Origin: Octopus vulgaris
Taxonomy: Eukaryota
Length of the DNA stretch: 64,000 nucleotides
Assembly (NCBI GenBank): GCA_951406725.2
Contig: OX597822.1
Span: 18,724,001 to 18,788,000 of the forward strand
Reading direction: 5' to 3'
Positions 53,895 to 64,000 of the stretch are shown here, piece after piece (the first letter of the stretch is position 1; each line of letters opens with the position of its first letter). The position numbers and the translations under genes were made by a program. Under the pieces are notes generated by a model. That model was not told where the DNA came from. It worked only from the letters and a program-made list of their open reading frames with translations, and ran no database searches.

Positions 53895-53950
<56 letters not shown>

Positions 53951-54394
53951 TGCGTGTGTGTATGTATATATATGTGTGTAAGTGTGTGCATATATGTATT
54001 TGTAAGTATGTGTGCGCGTATGAGTATGTATGTATGCTTGCACACGTGTATATATATGTGTGTGTGTGTATATATATGGATGCGCGTGCGTGTGTGCACG
54101 TGTATGGGTACGCATGTATATGTGTATGTGCGTGTATGCGTATACGTGTATGTATGTATGTGTGTGCGTAGATTTGTATATGTATGTGTGAGTGTGTATA
54201 TATATATATATATATATACATATATATAGATGGGTGTGTGTATGCGTATAAATGCATGTAAGTATGGATGTATGTATGTATGTATACGTATGTATGTGTG
54301 TATGTATATATATATGTGTGTATATATGTTTGTGTATGTATATATATGTGTATGTATGTGTGTGTATATATATGTGTATGTGTGTATGTGTATG

Positions 54395-54442
<48 letters not shown>

Positions 54443-55329
54443 TATGTATCTGTATGTAGGAGTATATATGTGTGTGTGTGTATGTATATGCGGGTATATA
54501 TATATATATGTATATTTATTGGTGTATATGTATAGACTAGCCTCCTAAAGTGTAGACACGAATCTGTAGGTACGAGTACGTATGTGTATATACGTGAACG
54601 TATGTAGATGTTTGTATGTATGAATATAACGCGTGCGTACGTGTATGTGTATGAGTGTACGAATGGGTGAATGTACGTGCTAATGAGTGTGCGTGCGGGA
54701 ATGAGTACTTGCCTTCTAGTAGACAGACAAATGGACATGCAGCCATTGCCAGGATTCTTAGCCCTAGCGATCAAAGATAACAAAAGTAATAAATGAAGAT
54801 AATAAAATTAAAATTAGGGAATGGGCCTGTATTGGATTGTATATATATATATGTATATGTATATTTGTATGTATGTATGTGTGTATGTGTAGGTATGTAT
54901 AGGTACACATGTGTACGTGTATGTGTATGTATATATGTGTGTATGTATGTATGTGCACACATGTATATATATGTATGCGTGTATATGTTTATATATATAT
55001 ATGTGTACATAGGTGTATGTGGGTGTATGTATATATAGGTGTAAATATGTGTATATAGGGAACTAGGTGTGTTGTGTGTGCATGAGTGTATGTGCGTATG
55101 AATATATATTTTTTATGTGTATATATGTATGTGTGGTCGTGGGTATATATATATATATATATATATACATGTGTGTATGCGTGCATGCATGGGAGTGAGT
55201 GTATGCATATATACGTGTGTGTATGTGTAGACAGGTATAGGCATGTGCATGTGTATAAATTTGTATATGTGGGCGGGTGTATGTATGTGTGTATGTAGAT
55301 ATGTATGTATGTGTGTACATATGTATATG

Positions 55330-55360
<31 letters not shown>

Positions 55361-55740
55361 AGATATATGTGTATGTATGTATGTGTGTGTAGATACGTAT
55401 ACATGTGTGTATAGGTATAAGTGAGAATCTCCTTATTTACCTATAACTCTATCCCCCCTTTTTTTATATATATATTTTTTTATATATATATTTTATATAT
55501 ATATTTTTTTATATATATTTTTTATATTTTTTATTTTTTTTTTTATTTTATTTTTTTTTTTTTTTTTTTTTTTATTTTTTTATTTTTTTATTTATCTATT
55601 CTTTCATCTAACTTACCACTGACTCCTTGACCACTCCCCAAGTATGATATTTTGCGCTATGCCTACCCCCAAAAAGTCCCCCACCACCACTCCTTTAAAC
55701 CTGCCTAAATGTATAAATGCTAATACAATTCTTGTTAAAT

Positions 55741-55791
55741 AGCTTCCTGAAGATTTCTCTTGAATGAAACAGTACTAGTCCTGTAGAAGCT
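55741..55791 (+). ncRNA. Type I hammerhead ribozyme motif
   Basis: AGCTTC-CTGAAGA-tTTC tctt GAAt-GAAA-CAG tactagtc CTG-TA-GAAGCT; perfect 6-bp stem I; predicted cleavage after GUA at 55785. Confidence 0.7.
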
Positions 55792-55874
55792 CCTTCTATA
55801 TAATAAATTAATTTTACTCTGCTATGTATTGAGTACCTTACTTACTGTGGTTAACCCCGAATCAACCCGGGACC

Positions 55875-55915
<41 letters not shown>

Positions 55916-55924
55916 ATATATGAG

Positions 55925-56369
55925 TTCATGGCTGTTTCCTGCACCAGCTTCACATAGCAGCCCCAGCCCATCCAAAGTATCTTGGATCGCAGGACAGCCT
56001 GCTGTGCTTACCTTGGATCATAGGGCAACCTGCTGTGCTTGAAGAGACCTACTGAGTCAAGTACATCAACATCAAAATAAAAATCAAATGGAAATTGTAG
56101 TTGTGATACCTGTGCTGGTGGCACGTAAAAAGCACCAAGCGACCATGGCCATTGCCAGCCTCCCCTGACACCTGTGCAGGTGGCACGTAAAAAGCACCCA
56201 CTACACTCATGGAGTGGTTGGCATTAGGAAGGGCATCCAGCTGTAGAAATACCGCCAGATCAGACTGGAGCCTGGTGCCACCTCCTGGCTTTCTAGACCC
56301 CGGTCAAAACCGTCCAACCCATGTTAGCATTGAAAACGGATGTTAAACGATGATGATGATGATGATGAT
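55925..56369 (+). mobile_element. RTE 3' UTR fragment in (TA)n
   Basis: RTE 3' modules, (GAT)n tail, TA tracts on both sides. Confidence 0.85.
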
Positions 56370-57189
56370 ATATATATATATATATACTCAAGTAAGCACA
56401 TAAATGTGAAACAAGGTGAGAAAAATAGTACTCAAATACTGGAGGTAGAGTAATATGCCTTATTATTAAAACTGAAAAACCATTACAAAAATATCACAAA
56501 ACATTGTGATTAAGATTCTTGATCACAAATGCCCAACGAACAGGAATGTGAAACTCTGAGTAGCAGTCTTTTGCGATATTTTTCTGATAGTTTTGCAGCT
56601 TTTAATAATAATAATAATAATAATAATATATATATATATAAAATTAAATAAGGGTAGAAATTGATATTAATCAATTAAAACCAGTGGCCCAGCATATTTT
56701 TTAAAAATCCGAAGGTTAAAAATTTTTTTTTTACATACAAAATTTAGAGGCCAAAAAAATGGACAGCCTATATGCTAGATATAAACGTCAAACGACAGAC
56801 TATGCTGATGATTTTGCAGATGTTTGCATATCCATATACATAAATATTAACAAGTGAAACTAATTAGTACATAGGTAATCGTTTTTTTTATTTTGTATAT
56901 TTTCATTTGTCTTGCTTATTTTTACACTTTAGTTTTTTGCTGAATTTTTTCTTGAGAACACATTCTTCATGGAAAATGGCGATTTTGACGTCTATATCTA
57001 GCATATAGGCTGTCCATTTTTTTTTTAGTGGTCATTCCTCTAAATTTTGAAAATATATATATATATATCATCTTTTAACACCCATTGTGTGTGTACATTT
57101 TTGTGAAATACCATGTTAAAGTGGTGATCTTACGTTTCCATTCCCTGTAGACAATACACCCTACTTTTCTGCACTTTCCACAACCAGTC

Positions 57190-57656
57190 TGTAACAGGAT
57201 GAAAGTTCAGAAACACTGGAGGGTTGTCCGATCTGATCCTGTCACATACAATTTAAGTTGAATAAACAGAGACAAAGTCAGGCGGTCTTCGATCACAGTG
57301 AGTGGTGGTTTATTCTCGGTTACAGGTAAGAACTAGTGCACGTGTATCTCTAGTAGGGAAGCCGGCAGCCGAATCCGCAGGACTGGTTGCAATGCTTTCT
57401 TGTTGCGAGTCAAGACGATTCGTTGGTTCGCTCCCGCTTCATTGGGGTGAGGTTCTCTGAGTGTAGGGTTGTTCCCTGAGAGAAAGTCAAGCCATGTCCG
57501 AGCGCTAGTGCTGCTCATGCCAGAAAAACCGATTCAGCGGTCAAGCTTTTAGGTTCCAGTTCCTGCACATGCGCATGAGGAAAACGTCTGGTGGCCAACC
57601 GGAAGAAATCCAATTCTGTGCATGTGCGCTGAAACTTACACAGTAGCATCACTACA
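57190..57656 (-). repeat. 3' LTR (467 bp)
   Basis: TGTAGTG...GTTACA on the minus strand, preceded by PPT GAGGGGGAGG (57659-57668). Confidence 0.85.
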
Positions 57657-57853
57657 TGCCTCCCCCTCGAGTTTGGAGGCACGAAGTGGCTGCAGAAAAC
57701 AAGATGGCTGCCGATCCCCCAGAAGATGTGGTACACAATATGACACAGAAAATTGAAATGCAAAAGAATATATAACATGCACAAAGTTTGTTTTTCTTTT
57801 TGTCTCTTCACAATTGTCCAAGAGTAAAACATGAAATTGAAAAGAAAGGAAAG

Positions 57854-59170
57854 TCAAATGTAAATTGTTTTTGAAAGTCTCTTGGGCCAATGAACAGTCC
57901 TGCCCGATCTAGTAATATACAGTGTGCTCGGGGCACCCATAGACGGTGAAGGTGGCGTTGTAGGTGTCTGTGTAGGCAAAGGTGTCTGTGTAGGTGAAAG
58001 TGTTGTCAAAGGTGCATAGGTGGGTGTGGAAACGGTGTCATCAAGAGATGAAGACACCTCAAAATGTGCTTTTTTTAGTCGATCCACTGAAACGGTGTCC
58101 GCATGACCATTAATTTTGATAGTGAAAACCTTAGGAGTGCAAGAAAGCACACAGAAAGGTCCTTTATAAGGAGAAACAAGAGGTCCCTTGACAGAGTCCT
58201 GAACAAAAACATGCGACCAAGTGTCCATATCCGGTGGGAGATGAGATGGTGGAGATTGTTTCCTGGAAACCATGGGCAGAAGATTTGAAAAATAGGAACG
58301 CAGTCTGGCGACATATGACGCTGGATCATGGGGCTGTGAAGTGTCTGGCACCAACATCGTACCAGGCAATGCCAGTGTGGTACCATACAGTAGCTCTGCA
58401 GAAGAAAAACCCAGGTCTGCCTTGACAGCAATACGACAACCAAGAAACACAATTGGCAGAAATTCAGTCCAAGACTGTGGATCTGAAGAGGCACAAAGAG
58501 CAGCCTTGAGCTGTCTATGGAACCGTTCGACTAATCCATTAGACGCTGGATGGTAACTGGTAGTGTGAATATGATGCACACCTAGAATGTGCGACAATTC
58601 ACGAAATAACGAAGCTTCAAACTGACGTCCACGATCAGTAGTCAATCTGGATGGAACTCCGAAACAAGAAACCCAGTTAGAAACAAAGGCTCGAGCAACA
58701 GACTCAGCAGAAATGTCTGCTATCGGAATGGCTTCTGGCCAACGGGAGAAATGATCAACACAAGTTAAAAGATAAGAAAACCCACGACTCACAGGCCATG
58801 GTCCAACCAGATCAATGTGGACATGGCGAAAACAGGCCTCCGTAGGGGAAAAATGTCCAAGCGGGGCACAAACATGCCGTTGAATCTTGGACTGTTGACA
58901 CTTGGAGCAAGTGCATGTCCAAGAAGTAATAATGCAATGCATATTCGGCCAGAAAAACCGAGCAGTGATAAGCTTAAGAGTAGCAGCGATGCCAGGATGT
59001 GATAAGGAGTGCAGTGCCTTAAACACTGAGTGTTGATGATTTTCAGGCACGAGTGGCCTGGGAGAACCAGTGGAAGTATCACAAAGAATGGAACCTTCGG
59101 CTGACGGAAGCGGAAGATAGGCAAACTGGCAACAGGAGAACTTAGGCGAAGTTAAGTCTAACGACGCCAA
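57854..59170 (-). pseudogene. Gypsy integrase portion of pol
   Basis: HSLSHPG..CSKC zinc motif, HIDLVGP, TTDRGRQFE, GLVERFHRQLK, PYKGPF (GPY/F) and a Pro/Thr-rich tail; upstream pol is disrupted. Confidence 0.9.
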
Positions 59171-59192
59171 AGGTGCTCCTGTGAAATGGCAG

Positions 59193-60930
59193 TTAAGTCG
59201 ATAGCATCAGGAGACAAAAGACTGGAAGGCGAGAGAGAGTGTCAGCAGGAATGTTCTCTTTTCCAGGTATGTGACGAATGTCACTAGTAAATTGTGAAAT
59301 AAAATCCAAGTGACGGAAAGCACAAGGCAAGAGTTTGTCCATTTTAGAAGACAGGGCAAACGTAAGAGGCTTGTGATCCGTATAGATCACAATATCTCGA
59401 CCTTCAAGTTGATGCTGGAAATGAGAAACTGATAGATAGACCGCTGGGAGCTCATGATCAAAAGTGCTGTATCGTCATTCAGCTGGTTGCAGTTGGTGGG
59501 AAAAGAAAGCAGAGGTCAAGTATGATCGTCCACTGTGTGTTGTAACACAGCATCAATCGCAGTGTCTGATGCGTCTACAGTTAAAGAGAGAGAAGCACCA
59601 GGAACCGGATGTGCAAGCAAAGAAACAGAAGCTAGATCCTTCTTAATGAACTCAAAAGCTGTCAGTGCCTCAACAGAGAGGAGTGTCCTTTAATAGCCTG
59701 GTGAGAGGAAGTAGCTTATCTGCACAACTAGGAATAAAACATCTGTAGAAATTGATCATCCCTAGATAATGCCTGAGCTGGCACAAGGAAGTGGGAGGTG
59801 TGATGCATTGAATGGCATCGACCTTTGACAACAGAGGTCTGATTCCACTCGAATCAATATGATGAACTAGAAAATTTAGAGAAGAGCGTCCGAAAACACA
59901 CTTGTCGGGATTTATACATATACTATAAGCGCGAAGACGCTGAAAAAGCTGAGAAAGGTGCCGGAGATGATTTTCATGTGTGTCACTTGCAATGAGTATA
60001 TCATTGACATAGGCAAACACAAAATCAAGACCGTGGACAACCTCATCAATGAAGCACTGGAAAGTGCTGGTAGCATTCCGCAAACCGAAACTCATATATA
60101 AAAACTCAAAACACCCAAAGGGGGTAGTAATCGCGGTTTTCGGACGTTGGCTGGGTTGACCGGTATTTGGTGATATGCGCATATAAGATCGACTTTTGAA
60201 AAAATGGTACAACCATGGAGATTTGCCATAAAGTCCTGAAGATTTCTTATAGGGTAGCAATCGGCTATTGTTACAGCATTGAGGCGTCGATACTCTCCTA
60301 CCGGGCGAAAATCAGACTCCCCTTTTCGTGCCAAGTGAAGGGGAGATGCCCATGGGCTGGTGGAGGGGCGTATTAGGCCAAGTTGGAGCATGTGCTCAAA
60401 CTCGGCCCTAGCTGTATTTAGACGGTCAGGTGCAAGGCGCCGCAGGCGCAAAAAAACAGGCGGCCCAGTGGTGGTGATAAAATGAAGGGTCAAGTGGGTA
60501 GGCTTTTCCGGCTGAAAGGCAATGTCCACTAGCTCCGGAAATGAAGCCAAAAGAGAGTGAAAAGCGTCTCCAGAGGTGGCAACAAAGAATGTCGGGCTAA
60601 GGACCGCATTGGTGGAACGCCTAGTCGGCGTAGAAAGCGACGTAGTGCTGTCAAGAAGCCTCTGACGCCTGACATCCACCAATAGATTAAACCTATCCAA
60701 GAAATCAGCACCGAGAATAGGATGCGGGATGTCAGCAATGACAAAAACCCATTGAAAATCTCGACGAAGATTAATGTCGAGGCATAGTGAAATCAATGGC
60801 ATGCAAAACAATTGAGGAACACTTGGGCTTGTCTGCAGTCAGACGAAGAGGCCAGATGCTACAACAAGAGCCGGTGTCTACCATGAAGAATTTCTTCGAC
60901 ACCAGATCTTTGACAAAGAACGCACGATTT
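59193..60930 (-). pseudogene. Gypsy protease / RT / RNase H, frameshifted
   Basis: MVDTGS, ILGADFL, WASPLH, KTAITTPFG, AYVNDIL (catalytic YxDD altered), YTDHKPL. Confidence 0.9.
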
Positions 60931-60989
60931 TTAGGAAACGAAAAGGAAGAAGGTGCAGTGCTTAACTCCTCCGGATTTAGTTTACTGAG

Positions 60990-61620
60990 GGCTGAAAATT
61001 GCACGGCTGGGTACACCTTTCTGCCTTTTCGGCAAACTTTGAATGGTACCAGCACCAGCTGGAACGTTGCCCAGAGGAATGAGAAACAGAGCCAATCCAA
61101 CTACAACTGCGTGATCGGCGCCAGCTCCCATGGCACAGATCATCTATGCACTGTGTAAGCGCATCAATCTTCTCTGCTAAAGGACTGTGTCAGAGAAGCT
61201 GTTGGAGGGGTCTCGGTACATGCGTACAAGCTCTGCGATGAAGGTGGGCCGGAAAATTCTAATATTTTGTTGGCCATCGTGGCAATCTGGTCAACTGAGA
61301 CAGACTCCAGGGCCGTGGCCAACATTGTCTGCACGTGGGCAGGCAACCTGGAGAAGAAGATTTTTCGCAGGAGTGGTGCATCTGCTGCGTTCCCACTCAG
61401 TTCCCTTAAGTGGCGCAGGAATTGGGAGGGAGTCCTGTCCCCCAACTGCTCATCAGCCATTAACTCGTTAAACTTACTCTCCTCCGACCGCGTGTTGTGG
61501 TGGAGGATCTCTGTTTTGACTGACGCATATGTGGCGTCTGGGTGGGGACTCATTATGAGATCCCTGACTGATGTGTTGAGTTGAGGAGGCAAGCTAGAGT
61601 AGAGCAGATGCAACTGCATG
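60990..61620 (-). pseudogene. Gypsy gag remnant
   Basis: LGDRTPSQFLRHLR...FFSRLP and CWYHSKFAEKAERCTQPC (Cx2Hx9Cx3C) at 61001-61054. Confidence 0.85.
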
Positions 61621-62059
61621 GGCGGCAAAATGTGACTTGACCTGGGCAAATCAAAGACCTGCATCCCCCATGAATAAGGGTAAACCCGATCCATACATGT
61701 TCGTCCGAAACGCCTGTCAGAGCAAAGGGAAAGGAGTAGAAAGTAACGATGAGAAACGGAGAACCTAGTGAACCGACAAAGCAAACAACAAAAAATATGT
61801 TTGTGTACTGGTGCGTGTGTGCACAAAAAGAAAAACAAAGGCTACAGAAAAAAAATTTTTGTAAGGACAATTTTTCTTTTTTTTAGTGTACTGAGTGTGG
61901 TGAAGAAAACTTTTTTTTTGTGTATGCACCTTTGCCATCCTGAAAAGGAAGAAAAGAAAATGAAACAGAGAGGTCAATGCACGTGTGTGCTAACGTGTTT
62001 TGTAGATGGCATATGCTGGGAAGCCTGTTTGCTGTGTGCTTCTGTTTTCTTTTTTTTTT

Positions 62060-62071
62060 TCGGGGTCACCA
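62060..62071 (-). promoter_or_regulatory. Primer-binding site complementary to tRNA-Trp
   Basis: TGGTGACCCCGA, 2 nt from the LTR end, complementary to the ...UCGGGGUCACCA 3' end of animal tRNA-Trp. Confidence 0.85.
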
Positions 62072-62073
62072 AT

Positions 62074-62165
62074 TGTAACAGGATGAGAGTTCAGGAACAC
62101 TGGAGGGTTGTCCGATCTGATCCTGTCACATACAATATAAGTTGAATAAACAGAGACAAAGTCAG
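62074..62165 (-). repeat. Truncated 5' LTR (92 bp)
   Basis: Matches 57190-57281 with few mismatches, then gives way to CA-rich sequence. Confidence 0.9.
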
Positions 62166-62780
62166 CACACATACACATGCATGTACACTTTACTCTAGTA
62201 CAAGCAGACACACTTCATATGCACTCTATAACTTCATATGCACACAAGCTCTTACACACACGTACATATCAGATCACTTCATACATACGCACACATAGAA
62301 ACAGGAAAAGGGACACACACATGCACATGCAATATAGACACACACATATGCATACATACACATGTGCATGCATATGCACACCCATCTGATTAGCCTCACA
62401 CACACACATATAAACAGAAACAAAGACACACATATACACACATAGAGATGCACAAACACACACTGTATACATACACAGTAACTTCATACACACATTCATA
62501 GTTGTCTCCCTTGTCACAATGTCTGAAGATGCCCCTCACACTTCTCTCCCTTGCCACTCACACTTCTAGAAACTCCTTCCTGCTTCTGGTCATTTCAGCA
62601 TGCTGTGACCATCCAACTGAGGCACTTTTATTCTTTTCTCTCTCCACTATTTCTCTCCTCATCTGTTCTTTTTGTAGAAGAACAGATGCTCTGAAAGACA
62701 TTTCCTTCTATCCTCTGGATTTTTAAAAACTCATTTTCATGTTATTTATAATTTTTGCACAATATATATATATGTATATA

Positions 62781-64000
62781 TCATCATCATCATCATATGT
62801 CCAGTCTCCATGCTGGCATGGGTTGGACGGTTTGACTGGGCTAGCACACTGGAAAGCTGTGGCAAGCTCCAGTCTGATTTGTCTTGGTTTTCTGTGGTTG
62901 GATGCCCTTCCTAACACCAACCACTCTGAGAGTGTAATGGGTGCTTTTTATGTGCCACTGGCACAGGTGCCATTTGCGTGACACCAGTATCTGCCATGAC
63001 TGTGATTTTGCTCAGCTTGATGGGTCTTCTTCTCAAGCATGACATAATGCCAAGAGACTTGGTCATTGCCTTTGTGTGGCACAACACTTGAAACGAACAC
63101 AGCCACTTTGCCTCCATGAGGCCTTACACTCAAAAGGAACTCAGCCACCTCACCTCCGTGAGGCCCAACACTCAAAAGGAACTCAGCCACTTTGCCTCCA
63201 TGAGGCCCACCATTCAAAGGCTGATCTTTTACGTGCCACTAATATGGGTGCACTTGGCTTGATGGGTTAAGCAGAGCACATTGCCAAAGGTCTCAGTCAC
63301 TAGTCATTTGCCTCTGTGAGGCTCAAAATTTGGAGATCATGCTTTACCACCTCATCCCATGTCTTCCTGGTTCTACCTCTACCGCAGGTTCCCTCCACAG
63401 AGATTGGCACTTCTTTTCACAGCTGTCCTCATCCATACACATCACATGACCATACCAGTGCAGTTGTCTCTCTTACACACCACATCTGATGCCTCTTTTG
63501 CCTCTCATGATAGTCACACACTGTTGAACATGGACACTGACATTGCACATCCAGCAAAGCATACTGACTTCATTTCTCTCATGTCTATGCCTGTCCTTGG
63601 CTGTTATAGCCCATATTTCACTGCCATGCAGCATAGCTGTTCATACAAAGATATCAAACAATCTGCCTTTCACTCTAAGAGAGATGTCCTTTGTTGCCAG
63701 CAGGGGTAGGAGCTCTCTGAACTTTGCCCAACCTAATTCACACACCCATGCTCTCGGAGCATCCACCTCCACTACTCGCCTGGTCGCCTAGATATCGGAA
63801 GCTATCTACAATCTCTAGCTTGCTCCCCTGGCAGTTGATGGAGTCTATTTTCTGCACATGTTCAGCATTTATTATGTCTGTGCACCTTCCACTTTCAAAA
63901 GTTAGTTATAACTTTGGTTAGTCCCTTTGATTCTAGACCTTGTTTCCACACCTGGAACTTTTTCTCTAGCTCAGGTAGTTATTCAGGTATAAGAGCCAGG
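62781..64000 (-). mobile_element. Degenerate RTE running off the window
   Basis: (CAT)n tail, 3' UTR with three ~40-bp tandem units (63100-63220) and ORF homology to FQVWKQGLESKG. Confidence 0.85.

Larger units (their letters stand above)
51422..55811. repeat. ~4.4-kb palindrome (arms ~51422-53624 and ~53653-55811)
   Basis: Mirror ORFs on opposite strands (e.g. 52496+ and 54746-); unique segments are exact reverse complements; spacer ~30 bp. Confidence 0.97.
57190..62165 (-). mobile_element. Decayed Ty3/Gypsy LTR retrotransposon, CsRn1-like
   Basis: gag-PR(DTG)-RT-RH-IN order, direct repeats at 57190 and 62074, PBS TGGTGACCCCGA, PPT and a CHCC knuckle. Confidence 0.93.

Noticed and set aside
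51800-55420. Long His/Thr/Tyr/Ile and Val/Cys/Met ORFs (up to 346 aa)
   Set aside because: Translations of stop-poor CA/TA microsatellite, mirrored by the palindrome.

Overview
Eukaryotic, AT-rich, microsatellite-saturated DNA made almost entirely of transposable elements. The SINE, RTE and microsatellite content resembles coleoid cephalopod (Octopus-like) genomes; this is an inference. The centrepiece is about 14 near-identical ~610-bp tandem units (35659-44119) running directly into an intact RTE-clade LINE. Its 1055-aa ORF carries an APE endonuclease, an RT and a C4HC3 PHD-type finger inserted inside the RT region, and the whole block is bounded by (TA)n tracts. Downstream is a ~4.4-kb near-perfect palindrome (51422-55811) whose outer ends each carry a type I hammerhead ribozyme motif; further hammerhead relics and small foldbacks are scattered through the window. 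Also present are a near-complete mariner, a decayed CsRn1-like Gypsy element (tRNA-Trp PBS, CHCC gag knuckle), a non-autonomous Helitron, R4/Dong-like fragments in (TAT)n, L1/Tx1 and CR1/L2 fragments, many truncated RTE copies and tRNA-derived SINEs. No host protein-coding gene could be supported with confidence. All calls were made by eye, without database searches, and the boundaries of degenerate elements are approximate.
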